Made by a program: the position numbers and the translations under genes. A stretch of 57,300 bases of DNA, counting the filler, from Sphacelaria rigidula (Eukaryota), in assembly GCA_964200075.2 (NCBI GenBank). It is 4 parts of 4 records of this genome, joined end to end, with 100 filler letters (N's around TTAATTAATTAA, not from the genome) between each part and the next. Parts side by side here need not be neighbours in the genome. Positions count along the whole stretch, not along the records: positions 14,352 to 28,601 come from CAXNAA020002357.1; positions 28,702 to 42,951 come from CAXNAA020002358.1; 2 more parts are not named here. One strand, 5' to 3'. Under the pieces are notes generated by a model. It did no database searches. It was not told the DNA's origin and worked only from the letters and a program-made list of their open reading frames with translations. Positions 25,233 through 39,190 of this stretch are shown piece by piece. The number at the start of each line of letters is the position of its first letter. Position 1 is the stretch's first letter.

Positions 25233-28200
25233 TTATTTCGAGCCTCCATCCTCCCGTTTTGACGTCTCTACATTTGCCTCTGCCCACGCGTTGACTTTTT
25301 TCGAATTCCGTGTCATACCCCGTGGTTGCTGTTTTTGGTGTTCCTAGTTTACGGTAGTGATCGACTAGCACTTCTCTGTTCCCCTTCGAACTGCTGGCTA
25401 TTTTACTGTTTCGTGCCCGGGGTATGTGTGTGTGTGTGTGTGGGAGGGGGGGGGGGAGTCAATTGTTGCACGAAGAAGCCACTTCGAAACGTGAAGAAAT
25501 ATCCATGAGCGCTCTTTTTGTTATCAACATGAAGTTCCTTTTCCAACCACTCGACACGATTTCCGCCCATAGAGAAGTCCATTTCTAGTGTTTGAGATTG
25601 TGTAACACACTCGCGATCCTATTTTCCCGTGCAACCCCCCCGCCCTCCCTTGCGGTAGTGTCATGAAGATGCATACTAACCTGTTGTCATGCCGCTTCAG
25701 ACCCGTTGTCGAAGTCTGGCTTTCGTTGTCGAAGTCTGGCTTTCGGTAATATTGGGAATCCCGGTAGATAAGGAACCCCGGGAGACAAGACTACAGGTCT
25801 GTTCAGAGTTGGTCGGATACGAATGTGAACCTGTATAATTACAGGAATGGCTTGTCTTTGATCGTGCTTCACGATCAAAGCCCCCCCCCTCCACCAACCA
25901 CTATAAACTGCTCCCCTCTGCTAGCCAGCAAAAGAAGTCTAATCATCGGTGAGAGATATTGGCTGGTCTGGGTTGGATTGATTGAGTGGGTATCGAAGTT
26001 AGAATCAAGATAATTAATAGAGAAGTGAAGAACCTACTGCGTGAACCTCGTCTGATATTTGGATTCTGAGCAGGTCACACGGTATCTACAAGTTGTAACA
26101 GCCTGACGGTTGTACACTTGTCTGCCAAGCTTGTGCCTTGGGTTGCAAGCTGTGTCCTTGCATTATACTTCCGCTTGCTCTTTATCACATTGGCGTCGAC
26201 GGTAGGACGTCCTACCGCCGACGCCAATTGTCATGAAGAGGAAGTAGCTAATGCACTGGCTGGGGTCTCTCAGTATGAGTGCCAGGACATACCATGGTGC
26301 CAACCCACCACGCTCCCACGTGGGCAACCTCACACAGACCTAGCTATCCTTCCTTGACTTTCACAAAGTAGGTTCATCCATGTTAGACTGTTGATTAAGA
26401 ACTCACGTGTTTCATAGCCTCATGTTTTATCTACAAGCAGCTCTCTTACTCAGTACAGCCGCAGGGCAGTCATAGGAGCAGAGCGTAGTGATGGCCCAGG
26501 GTAGACCACGGCAAGGGCAGTAACTGATCAAGATGGGGCGACGCGGCCTGCGGCCGCGGATGAATAACCCTAACTAATGACAGTAGCAATCGCGATAACA
26601 ACGCGTCACGGAATCCAGGGTCTACGAGTAGACCCGCACAGCGTACATCTTGGAACGCCTCTGATCTTCATCACAGTAGTATACCAGTCTCTCACGTTGG
26701 CATACAACACGACGACCCCAACAATATATAATATGTGAACGCAGGTTGGTGGGCATCGCCATCAAATCGCACTAGTCTAGGTGAACCGAACCCTCGTGAG
26801 AAAAACGAATAAGCAAAAAAACTTGCTAGTCACCTGGCAATTCCGTTTCTGCACCCTCAGACGATTGATAAACCAAATATTTCCTATTGTGCGCAAGGGT
26901 CTGTCGGGAGAGGATTTTCGGACACAAAGCCCCCCCCATCACACACCGACCCCTCCCGGAGGGCAATTTTTCGTAAATTTTCATGAACGTCATTATTTTT
27001 GTGCTAACATTATTGAAGAAATTTATAAAAAAACACTGACAAAAAACGAGAACTATGCTGGGCTTTGCGAGGTTCGCATTCTTGGTTTTGCTCCTTGCCC
27101 GCTTTACCGTCCCGATGACCTCGGATGCCGGCCACCCTCACACACATGTATACACACGAGCGCACGGTAGCGACAGCCTGCAGCCAAAGAAGCAACTTTA
27201 TCTCACGCCTCGCCAAACTTGCCCGGACCACTGGTAGGTACTCGAGGTCCACGACACGGAACGTAATCCCATAAACGTTATCATGGTAAGTAAGTGATGA
27301 GCTCGGAGGGGCGGCGCGTCCGCCATCTCATAGGTCTCCATGCCAAGGATCTGTGTAGACGGTAGCTGACCGTACCTGCCAACGCCTTGGCAATAAACTG
27401 GGGACAGGAGGCTGGGTGTCCCTTTCCCCCCCCGCCCCCGCCCCATAGATCAACGATCTTATGACTATGGCATGCAAGATCATGAGTGCATCGCGCCCCC
27501 CCCACCCACCCCCGCCCCCCTCAAATACTCCAATGTTCGATCTTGGGTCTAAGTGTCGCGATTTGTTTTTTGACAGGCCCTTGTTGTGCGTATTAAACTT
27601 GGCTATGCCAGACCGTAGGACCGATTACCAATAATGGCCACATATATGCGCTTGTCCGACCAGCTACCACACGACCCACGCGTGCTGATCTCGGCACTGC
27701 TCGGGAACTTTTACCAAAAAAGTCGGGTGTCGGTTGAGCATTAGTTCGCATGTGCGATACAAACGGCAGTCACAATATCTTCGAGACTATGACGTATGAT
27801 ACATTATTTCTGAAAGGCGTGGTCTGATAATACTCGGGGGTTAGCCAGAGTGGTAACGCAACCGCAACCCGCATGCATGATGCGTGAATGTGGGTGTATA
27901 TTAATAAAAAAGACATTCACACGCGGCGAAACAAGCTACGATTGCTGGGCCGGGCGCCAACGGCTCCTGTTCGCGGTTGACAGGTGGCGCGCGCTGCTTA
28001 ACCCTTGGACAGTGATCCCCCCGCAGGTGGACTGGGTTGGACCACGCCACATTTGGGGTTCGGAATAGCTCTTTTCTCTCGCTACTCGTACACAAAACGT
28101 ATTTTTCATGAAGATGTGGATGCTGGGCATCTATACAGAAAATAGGTCCGGAAAACCCCTTACCCATGTTCACCGTGCAGTCAAAAGCGTACGAAGTCAG

Positions 28201-28601
28201 TATGTGTGCGGTATGTCTCCGCTGGATACAACGACAGGAAACAGTCAGCGTGCCATCGCCGTCATCAACTGAACACAATTTACTGCATGCTACGGATGCG
28301 TCTGCTTAGTGTTCAACAATACTACAGAACGTGTGAAGCTATGCTGGCAACACATGAGGCGTCAGACACGCGGCACAGACGCCGAGCAGAGTACAGAGCA
28401 AAGTATGTGTACCCATGTAGTCTACGGTTGAACTGCCGCATGACCAAAAAGAAATATGCCCGTGGACAGCGCATTAGCCTCAAGGAGCCTTACAGACTGG
28501 AAAACGGTTTACACTCCCCCCCTCCCCCCCCCCCCCCCCCCACGACCCCACGCCCCCCCCCCCCCCTCACCGCGAGCGCGCAAAACAATAACACCCACAA
28601 C

Positions 28602-28701
28602 NNNNNNNNNNNNNNNNNNNNNNNNNNNNNNNNNNNNNNNNNNNNTTAATTAATTAANNNNNNNNNNNNNNNNNNNNNNNNNNNNNNNNNNNNNNNNNNN
28701 N
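28602..28701. other. Artificial contig-joining spacer
   Basis: Same 44N-TTAATTAATTAA-44N structure. Confidence 0.98.
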
Positions 28702-30159
28702 AGGTAAAGAAAAGCGCACGTGGAATAAAAAAATGACTCACTCGAAGCGAATGATCAAAGCCACTCTCAATCGTACCATCTACTCTCAATCTCACGAAAA
28801 CACCGTTTCTTGCGATCACCCGTACCCTTCGCCGCTGCCCCCGATCAATTTTTTCCGCAGGATCATGCAGAAGACGTGCAAGACGCATCTCTTTCAAGTG
28901 TCGACGCTCGGCGTGACATCAAACTGCGCAGAGTCAGCGATTTGTGTAGGCCACGTACTACCCCTCAAGGAGGAGAGCAAGGATGGAGTAGAGGTGGGGC
29001 AGGAGCGGTGGTCTTGGAGTCTACCGAGACCCAGCGTCCGGTGTTCGTTGTACCGTTGATTACTGTTCAGCACAGCATGATGTTTTGTTCTTGGTTAGCC
29101 AGTTCCAAGTGCTCCCGGTGTTTTGCAGCCAATTTGCAGATGCGGTAGTATTTGTTTTCCCGTGTTGATGGGTTATGAGCTATTCTTGATGGGTGCGTCG
29201 GCACATGTTTCGAGTGCATTTTCGGAAATCCGATGCGGTTGGCGAGAGTCCCTGGCAAAATCGATTTGTTGCAGCTCATAGACGGGAGGCGCTCCATTGG
29301 CTTCGTGCAAGAGAGTTTGTTATGATCCACTGCTATCGAGGGTAATTTTCTCACGCAGGTTCATGAAAAAACACCGAAGGGGCGATCATGGAACAGAATC
29401 CAGGGTCCCAACACGTTTTGCGACTTTTCTCGGCACGAAAAGGCGGGATATCAGCAGTCATATCACACGCGATGACTTGCGCTTTCAAAAACAACGACGG
29501 AAACTTCGGCGAAATGTTTGAACAGAAAAGTGATTTTAAGAGATATCCACGAGTGCCAAGTCCACACGGCGAATGGTGGCATCAACTGCATTTGCGAATG
29601 AATTCGGGCACAACCTGGCTGAATCGTATCTTTTACTCGAACCGCACGACTCACACTACTTTGGAGACATCTTGAACGGTGCGTTTTCCCGCAAATGCGA
29701 CCTGTGGGCCAGCGCGCAATATTTTTCAACATTATTCTGTCATTCCATCCAGGCAACGGTTGACAGAAATGTTCCAACATGCTACACATGTAAACGTTTC
29801 GTCTCATTATCGGAACCGGCAAAGCGAGTCATGTTATGAATGAGACCTCACTCTCAATCGTACTTTTACTTTCAACGCTCAATTTCACGGAAACATTGTT
29901 AGGTTTGTCGGCAGGATTTTGCAACAATGTGCGAGGTAAGCGTGTTGTCCATTAATGATGCAGGCATACCCGGCCGCTGAAAGCCATGAAAAGCCTGGTC
30001 TCAATCGTATCGTAGACTCTCAATCTCACGAAAGCATCGTTGTATCTCATCCGCTACGGGTCCGTTTGCTTCGTGCGATGGCTTGAACGATAGCTAGAGA
30101 CTGTGCGAGTGTTTTCCATGTGTTTCTGTGTCCATGCGGGGCTTGTGGGACGGATGCTG

Positions 30160-30253
30160 AACGCTGACGGATGTAACAGAATACGTCAACGTTGGCGGAT
30201 GTATCAGAGTACGTCAACGTTGACGGATGTAACACACTACGTCAACGCTGACG
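30160..30253. repeat. 28-bp minisatellite, ~3.3 copies
   Basis: AACG(C/T)TG(A/G)CGGATGTA.CA.A.TACGTC in direct tandem, with no spacers. Confidence 0.85.
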
Positions 30254-30350
30254 TAAATAGCAAGACCCCAGAAAATATTTGTGCACCCCTACCGTAGCAT
30301 CACTCAACCCTATTTTCTAGGATCCACTGTTGTATGCCACCGGCACCCGA

Positions 30351-30608
30351 GACACTTTCTACGATAGCCCCCCCAAAACCAGCCCGAAAGTGTCACGAAA
30401 AAAGTGGACATAGAGCGCCTGATGCTCGGGTTTAGGCTGCATAAAGCGCGTCATATGGGCGACATTGCAGCGAGAACGAACCCAAGGGTGGTAATTCCCA
30501 GCCGCTCGCTGTTCCCGACTTTTTCCATTTCGATTCACGTGAAGATTTTCCCTCCCCAAACCAGGCACTTCTGGCGGGAGGAGGGGGGAGGCTATCGCAG
30601 AAAGTGTC
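30351..30608. mobile_element. GACAC-TIR MITE family copy
   Basis: GACACTTTCTACGATAGCCCCCC ... GGCTATCGCAGAAAGTGTC; reverse-complement homologue of 23373-23622. Confidence 0.85.
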
Positions 30609-30682
30609 TCAGCGAAAGCTACACTCTTCAGGATTCATTTTTTATCCAAATGACCTATGGGCCCCTTGCCTTGTTTAGAAAA

Positions 30683-30885
30683 AAAGTGTCTACAGCTGGC
30701 TTTAAAGTTCTTGGTAATTTTACGAAACAACAGTTCATGGGGGAGGATTCAACCTTGCTTGCGACTAATGCCGAGATAGCCCCCCCACAAAAAGTGCACC
30801 GGAGACCATCCAAAGTGTCTACAGCTGGCTTTAAAGTTCTTGGTAATTTTACGAATTAACAGTTCATGGGGGAGGATTCAACCTT
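30683..30885. repeat. 74-bp direct duplication (30683-30756 and 30812-30885)
   Basis: AAAGTGTCTACAGCTGGCTTTAAAGTTCTTGG...GGATTCAACCTT occurs twice. Confidence 0.9.
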
Positions 30886-33800
30886 CCTTTTGTTCAGATT
30901 TTTTTCGGTGAACTTTGTCCGACTTAACTATGCGCCTCCAAATTAATACTAAGATTAAATGTACGCCTTCTATTAGTACCGGTCATATGTTCAGGTTCAT
31001 TGTTTTCCGGCCGCAAATTGCCCGAACCTCGGATAACACCCCCCTCCCGCTGAGACTGTTCATGGAGGGGATGCGTTAATCTCATCCATGGGAACGGGTG
31101 CGCAGGGGGAGCGGGGTCATAAGGTACTAGCATGTGGGAAATAACTTCCACTGCCCCCGAGCACGCGGGGGGAACGCCACTCGCGGTTAAATGCCAATGT
31201 GTCTCGCGAAAACGGTAGTCTGAGGAGGGATAGAGTGATTCATCTTCCGGGTGGGGAGAAATGGGGCAGCGGTGATGAATACCTTCTTGTTTCTTTCCTA
31301 CACGTTCCATCAATGCGTTCGTGTGTTCAGTTACATCGCCATCCATGTGTAAAAGATCAAAACAGTTGATACCACCCACCGGGTGAACTTTGTTTTTTCC
31401 GGAGGTGCGCACACTTGATCTTCAGATGCTGTCAGATGAGATAATAATTTTCATTTCTTGAAATTTACATATTTAAAATATCCCGAAAAAAATCCACGTC
31501 ATTCGAACGTTTTGCCGTATCCTCACGTTGTACGGTAGGCCAAAACGGTGGTCACCACCCGTAAATTCACGTTAGAAAGGAACCCCGGGGGCGGGTAATT
31601 TCTCTTTCCTTGTCCCCCGCGCTATGCACCCGCCGCCCAAATCCGACCTTCACCATTGTTGTTGTGTACATACTATCATCGGTCATGCATCGGATTTTGG
31701 ACTGTAAGAGTTTTTCAAATGACTCGAAATCTCAAGAACGTGGCCTGAAACGCGCAGAAGTGCCCGTACTAAAATTGGCATATTGCCAGTAACGGTAAGC
31801 TTTAATAGAACTGGCCAACGCCCACCGTCGTTTCCAGTTCGAGTCTGAACGACGGTATTAACTGGTCCAGGCCACAGCCCTGTTTTCGTCCCCTTCCCCC
31901 CAGAATGGGGGGGAGGAACGGCTGATAATATCGGCCCGTCTGATTTTTTTTGCCCGTCCGCCCACGGAGGGTAATGTGCAGCACAAGAAAATATGTTCCA
32001 GCTGAAAATCGCGAAATATATTTAGAATATCAACCGCCCGACGCATCGGGCATGGTTGAGGGACCCAAAAAACATGACCGACTTTGCTAATGGAGCAGGG
32101 AAATGATATAAATCGCCAGTTATGACAGGGAAACATCATTTATTCGAATGAGGAACAAAATGAAGACAATCGCGATCAACCTGTTTGTTCGATCGAGTCT
32201 CACCCGCCGAAAAGTTGCATATATTTGTCAATGCAGTCCATCATCCATGCAGGACAGGGCTCTCTCTCAGGTGGTCATCATTTATACACCATGGCCAACA
32301 ATCATGCAAGTGAGTTCAAACAAGTGTCACTCAACTATTCTCAAATTGAAAAAGATGACGGCCAAGATCCAAGAAAAGTCAACGCACGCGTTGCAGTCAT
32401 AGCTCCTTCGTCAGGACTTGTATCGAATCATGGACCTTCGTCTTCATTCCCGATCGTGAACCTTCCGACCACCCATGACACATGACACTATCGTCAGCAT
32501 TTCCACTCATCATCCGTCATAACTTTGCGTCCACCGCCAGCATCATTGGGCATTTCCAACAAACACGTGGGAACGGCACTCAGAATATACGAAACAGTTG
32601 AAAGTGTCATCTGCTGACCCTACTCCAATTACATTGACTGCAAGCCACGCACTACTACAAAACCGCTGTTCAGTGAACCAAAAAAATGTGTCTTCCCATA
32701 AAAAAACGATCATGCTGAATGGAAAAATGCCTCATGAAATCGTATTTTCTCAACTCGTCATTTCCTCTTGACACGGACGACGACGGTATAGGACAAGATG
32801 ATAGAAAACAAATACCTTCCCCTCTCTTCGCCTACCTCACTGTACGGACCGTTCCGCTCGGACGGACCGTTCCGCTGGTCGCCAAGGAGCAGGAGAGGAA
32901 AACATCTGACGAAGAATCTAAGGCCTCATGCTTTTCACCCACGTCAATACCAAGATAATCAGACCAGCGCTCATCAGGGTACACACAAGAAGTTTCCCAA
33001 TTTTTCAAACAGCCCATCGATACTGCGGTCACATCGCACAAGTTCGTGCGTGCGAGCGTGTACGTGTCGAGCGTCCATCATCCCTCTCGTGAAACAATCG
33101 ACGAAAACAAGGGCCAGCCATGCTGTTTTCAACTGGAGCTCGCAACCTCCACACGATATCCAGCTACTCTTCACAACATACAAACACTTCCATCACACTC
33201 GACCCACCGAGCGATAGTCCTAAGCACAGCTCCACCCATGAGACTAGTGGCTAAGCTCATGAACAACGGTCACCATGTACAAGTACCAGTCAAGGCCGAA
33301 GCTCATAAGAGTAGGGCGGCACGCCCGTGCACTGCGCCAGGTTGACAGGGGGCTTCAGTGAGTTCGACCCCCACGCTTGCCTTGAGCACAGCTTGCGAAC
33401 GTTCGAGTAGCCTACCCCATATTACTGCAGCGAGGCAATCTAGCCGCGCCTCCAGATCAGTCGATGCCCGAACCCGCTTGCGGGGTAAGTGTTGGGCGAG
33501 GTCTCCTTCTCCAAGGGTGTCATGAGCACCACCGTAAAGCCCCGTGGTCAACACTTTTGACGAATCATTCTTGGAAGTGGATGTTCTCGACAGCGTCGAT
33601 GCTCATGCCTCCGACAGCTGCATCTTTGCCATAATATCATCGACAGTCTGTCGACACATACCTTGCTCCACAGCGCTGGCTCTGGATATTTTAACCCCGA
33701 GCTTTACGGCACACCGACTTCTGAAATGGCGAAAGACCCGCAGAATTCAGCTGGACAGGTTAAAGAAAAAGGTTCGTATGTACGCACCCGACGAAAGATC

Positions 33801-34520
33801 AGAGGTTCAAGCCGGAAATCCATACGAGAGGTTCCGCAGTATTCAGAAACGGGGACGCTACATCGCGAAACAAGTGGACACGAACAAGAAAAACGATTTC
33901 ATCGCACGATCCTTCCCCTTCCACTCCCCTCAAGCGCATACTCGTGTTGTGTTGGCCACACCACAATCCACGAAAACCTCTCACTGAGGCACACGGCAAC
34001 TTGTACATACGCGAACCTTTTTTGAGAACATCCTCCAGCGTAACAACGACCCCCTCGAGTTGCATACCATCACCAGCCAGAAATACGCACATCTCTTCCA
34101 AAGTCGGCGGGTAGAGATCATCCACGGGCAAGACCGATGAACGCAGAAACATAGAATATACCGGACCGACACTGCGTGTGTCGCTCTTTTACAGTAGACA
34201 GGCCATACTAGCCCGCACAGAATATTTATCGACATCTCTGGCTGAATGGTCCGGTTGGAGATCGCCAGTACCGCTGCACGTATTCGCCACGCCTGTCAAG
34301 AATAATGAAACCGTATGTTCCGTATGATACGTGCATAACCCCGCGAATTCATTGTATTGCAGACCAAAAAAATCAGCACATCTAGCAGACTCTCCTTCCA
34401 CTCCCCTCCCTGCAATAATGAACGATAATATACCCCAAGCCACGACGGACATTACATATATGCTCTTACACAATCTCTCCCCCTTCGCCCCCTCCCCGCC
34501 AACGAATGATCCCGATGATT

Positions 34521-34620
34521 TCAGTAGCGGCCGCTGTTGCCGTTCCTGTCACCCCCACCACGCTTACGGTACCCTCCTGCCTGTTGTCCAAGGCCGCGCT
34601 TGGGGGGTAGGGATTGCCAC
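34521..34620 (-). CDS. Triple-KH protein terminal exon
   Basis: Phase-2 acceptor gcatcAG; WQSLPPKRGLGQQAGGYRKRGGGDRNGNSGRY*. Confidence 0.8.
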
Positions 34621-35173
34621 CTGATGCACGACGAGCGATAAAAATAAGCATAGATTTCAAGCACAGGAACTCCGTTTTGAGCTCCGTGTTTGCAGTGGGT
34701 CATACGGGTCACCACTTGAGACAAGGGTAGCTGGCCCCGAAACGCATGGATACGTGTCAAGAGATGAAAGCTCATTTTGGGGTTCACGTATTCCATGAGT
34801 CATGCGGAATAGAACCTCACGCTCGAGGAGCAAACCGGTCCCCCCTCAGGCATGAATACGTCAACAAAAGTGCCATGGTATATCTCCGTGTTTACACCGA
34901 ATTATATTGCCCATCATTTTCAAAACAAATACACCGAACACTCCATGTTACAAAAAAAGTACAAGGTGCTGACGCCCGGCATACAATAATCCATAGTTTC
35001 ATCCGACAACATGAATGTTTCGCTCAACTGACGAAGAAAAAAATCAAGCTACAGCATGCCGAGTACATTCCACACTCCACAACCATGCATAATACCCTAC
35101 AGAGACTGTTTTCTACCAAGCTACACCGTACATTTCGCACATCTCTTCACAGCAAGCCAAGCACTACACTCAC

Positions 35174-35271
35174 TTGACAACGAGATCGTTGAGGAGCTGG
35201 ATCGCAGACTGGATGGAAGGCATGTCCCCAGTTACGTGCAGGAGCCGCGAGTTGGACCCATCCACTGAGCT
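35174..35271 (-). CDS. Triple-KH protein exon (KH3 second half)
   Basis: SSVDGSNSRLLHVTGDMPSIQSAIQLLNDLVV; acceptor gacAG, donor GTGAGT (phase 2). Confidence 0.88.
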
Positions 35272-36090
35272 CTGTCACCGACATCGCAACGTCCCAATTC
35301 CACACGACGGCAAAAGCGAGAACAATCAGAGGTCAACGGCAAAACCCAGAAATTCCAGCAACCATGGAGTCTGCATCTCTCGACTGAAGTTCATACCCCT
35401 GGGCGCCGTGTCTGCTTCCGGGCTTCGCGGACAATATACAGGGTGCAGGCCCTAGGGGACGGTAACATGTGATGTACCATGCTCCACAACAGCTCCATCA
35501 ACCAGATAATTCCAACTGTGACTTCGCAATCAGGCGCCCCCCGTATCAGTGGCCATGATGCACACGACAAGTCACCGTCGACAGCAAAGAACTTATAACA
35601 CGAAGATGCCCCTCCCTCCTCGCCCATGGATTCTTGTTCCGAGAATCCTTTTTTCGGCGAGTACACCTTCATCGTGATAAAACAACCTTGTGTATAGCCC
35701 ACCAACTGAGCCAAGATGGCAACTACCCCTTGACCCCGTGGGAGCCCAGGGACGATTTTTGTTCCTGTGAATCGGCATAACCTCGACTAGAAAATGACTG
35801 AAAATGATGCCGATTCACAAAAACAAGACTCGTCAATGGGTTCCATAAGGGTCGACCTTATATCGGAGTATCTAGTCTCTCAAGGGATCAACCCCCCTCC
35901 CCCTCTACCCCAGCACCTGGCTTCAAATCTACAATCGGGCGTTAGATGATGGATGATGAATACCACCGCACCGCGTTATTCTCGGGAGACTAGAACCCGC
36001 AACTTCTGCCTTGACCGACGATGGTGGTACCGGCGAAATCACAGGAAGGCGGCGGCTGAAATATAAGGGCCATCCGGTCGGTAAACTCAC

Positions 36091-36168
36091 ATCGGTAGTG
36101 ATGGAAACCCCAGCCTTAGCTTTGACGTCGGATATGGTGTTACCGCCCTTCCCAAACACGTAACCAAC
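36091..36168 (-). CDS. Triple-KH protein exon (KH3 GXXG)
   Basis: VGYVFGKGGNTISDVKAKAGVSITTD; donor GTGAGT. Confidence 0.92.
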
Positions 36169-36625
36169 CTGGTCCACAACATTACAAAATGAGAGGGGGG
36201 GGAAGGAGCGAAACAAAAGTGTGTTCCAAAATGTGGCTTGAGAAGCGATTCACGAGAAATAAATAACTCAAGGCGACGGGAAACGGGAACGGGTAACCGA
36301 CGCAGAAAGAGAAGCAAGATATTACATTTTAATATAACCTAACCCAATCAAGGGCGGAACAATCACAACAAAAATGATGATCGCCTTTGCCAATTGCACG
36401 AATTCCCCAAAAATAGACAAGATGCGTTGCTACATACCGAAATAAACTACATGTCTCGAAGTATTCGCACGTTCAAAACGTGAGCGCTTCACACCACGAG
36501 AACCAATACCAACAGCCGTACATCGACTTCCCAATGTCCTCCAGTCCAGCGGAGTCTAAGCGGAATTCCCATGCTCGGAGGAACAAAGATGAGGTATGAA
36601 CCAAGATTTAATGAAAAAAACTCAC

Positions 36626-37723
36626 CGAGGCTTCCGGGATGCGCACTTCCATCGAGGGCATCGAGCCACCCTGCTGCTGCACCGCTCCTCCACTCGAGGC
36701 GGAGTTAGACCCAACCCCCTGTTGCGGCTGTTGCTGCCTCGAATAATCCGCCGGGGCGGGGGCCACCGCCGATGGAGGCAAGAACTGCTGCTGTTGTTGC
36801 GGATGGGCGAGTCCTTGGTGCTGCTGCTGCTGCATGGAAGGGGACTGGGACGACACCACCTTCTGCCCCAACTGCTGGTGGTTACTGGGCTGCACGTGCT
36901 GGGCCGACGAGCTGGAAAGGGGCCCAGTGGGCGGACTTGAGCTAGGCTGTTGCTGTTGCGACTGACCGTACCTCTGCTGCTGCTGCTGCTGAGGCGAAAC
37001 CCCCGATTTCTGTTGGGGAGAACTCGTACCGCTGTGCGACTGCTGTTGCAACGAAGGGGGGCGCATTTGGTAGGCCATCCCTTGCGCAGGCTGCTGCTGC
37101 TGCTGTTGCTGTTGTGCGGGTTGCTGCTGTGTTCCCGAAGTTAGGTAGACAGGAGGCCCCTGCTGCGGCTGCTGTTGCTGAGGTTGGGGGGTCTGCATAG
37201 CAACCATGGGCTGCTGCTGCTGCGGCTGCTGCTGAGTTTGAGCGGGCGTGGCAGGAGGTTGCGCGGCATACTGCACCTGCTGCTGTTGCTGAGGCTGTGC
37301 TTGGTACGAGGAGGTCTGACCGGGTACCCCTGAGGGCGCCTGCTGCTGAATGGGAGTCTGAGTAATTCCCGCGGGCGCGGCTTGGTACTGCTGCTGCTGC
37401 TGCTGCTGCGGCTGCTGTGTCACGGTGGCACTAGAGGTCGGCTGTTGCTGGGGCAAGCTCGCAGTAGCAGGCTGGTACACAACCTGCTGCTGCTGTTGCT
37501 GAGGGGCCGGGTCTTGTTGCACGGAGGGGGCAGTACCGGTCTGGGCTTGCTGGAAGTGAGGCTGCTGGGGGGCGACGGTACCGGATGTAGGGGCACTTTG
37601 CGCTCCCGTGACCGTCGCCGTACCGAGAGAGGTCGGGGGAAGTTGGTATACTGAGGTGGAGCTGGCGGGGGCTGCGGGAATCTGGGGCGCCTGCTGCAGC
37701 GGGGGTGGTTGCCACGAGACCTG
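36626..37723 (-). CDS. Triple-KH protein exon (Q/P-rich prion-like region, KH3 start)
   Basis: 1098 bp with polyQ tracts, ending MEVRIPEAS; donor GTGAGT; tandem CAGCAG acceptor. Confidence 0.9.
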
Positions 37724-39190
37724 CTGGGCGGGTTCATTGGTATTTGAGAGCGTAGGCGTACACATGAACGCGCGCAGACATACATGTACACGACAGGCAC
37801 AGTTTGCAGTTCATAAGCGAGTAAAAGTGGTTCAAGCTTGTGGGTTGCGACACTGGTTTGGGGGACAGCGGGGAGGGGTGGGGTGGGGATGGATTCGGCA
37901 CACGCACGCACACAAATGACTGACGGAGAGCATGACGCTCTATGCGCGAGCATGACTCGGGTGACGGGTTGTGCCATGTGGGCGAAGACGAGGGTTTTTG
38001 AGGACATGGGCTCATGATTTGGAATAGAAATGGTTTGGGAAGAAAGCTTCCGTGAATTTTGCTGCTTCACTTGCGAGAGACAGCGACGGGGGAGAGGGGG
38101 TGGAAGGTTGTGCAGAGTGACGGCCAAGGGAAAATCTCATACAGTGTCGTTCGGAGTGACGTAATGACATCTTGGTGCATTTCAACATACGAGATGCTTC
38201 GGGGAAACGGAGATACGTGGCCGTCAAGCAGCAGGGACTGACCAAACCACAGAATAGCTGTACGTGATTACTACCTGTTGCTTGAGACCTTGAGCTTTCA
38301 GCTTTGAACTTCATGATTCACTCCTCAAAATCAAACATTGGCAACAGCCCGACATGAGCACAGAAGACGCCCCTGCACGTGGCAGTCACAGGGTATAGCA
38401 GCTGTACCCGAATGCATTCCGTCCACAGTATGAGAGTTCGCAGCTCTTGGAACTAGTCCCGCGTACATACAGGGTTTGGCAGGACGCTTGCGTATTCCAA
38501 AAAGGAGGCGGCGCTTCGCGTCCGGGGCAACGAGCAGCATACAACATCTTGGTGGGCCGGTCGGGCAAGCCACACTACAACCTAATACTGAGGGAGTCGG
38601 CGGTATAAACCGATCATCGGCGCACTTATGCCTCGATTCCAAACACGACAGTAGCTAGGTCACGTTGAGTCAAACTGGGGTGCCGAGTGCTACAAGAGTG
38701 GCGAGAATTCAAAGACTGCGTGCTATCGTCGGCAGCACAGGGAGAAAAAAATATGTCGACCTTACCGCTCCACTTCCACATTTCCCAGCACAACAACGAA
38801 GGAGAACAACGCTGAAGCAATCTGACGAGAGCTTGGGTGGGCATCCCTTGATGCATCCAGCCAGCAAGAGGCAAACAAGGCGCCAACATCACGTGTCCAT
38901 GACTTGGAACACTACCGACAAGAGGGGATAAAATGCTAGATGCTTGATGCAACAGAGCGAACGGGCGCATCGCAAGACCACGCCGCTGCCCACCGTCAAA
39001 CATGGGGATCTGTGTCGCATGGGACAGGATCAGATATATGGACACGTCAGGGGAGCGAGTGACTCCTCAAGCCCTCATGCAGAGGCTTTGTGGCTATCAC
39101 CACGGCAAAAGCAAAGCAAAAGACCTATTATGTTTCGCTCGAACATTGCAAACGGACGAAAAAGGCCGGAAGCCTGTCTCAAATGCCCAC

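Larger units (their letters stand above)
22910..25400 (-). mobile_element. Degenerate, 5'-truncated non-LTR retrotransposon (LINE): reverse transcriptase and C-terminal region
   Basis: The RT fragment at 24423-25232 continues through 24125-24397 (YAYLGVEI) and 23606-23887 (GIGMKTYLHGPM), then FRVGDLDLPERRKRY, with stops and frameshifts. Confidence 0.93.

Noticed and set aside
25682..26100. Possible solo LTR (TGT...ACA)
   Set aside because: No matching TSD and no second copy.
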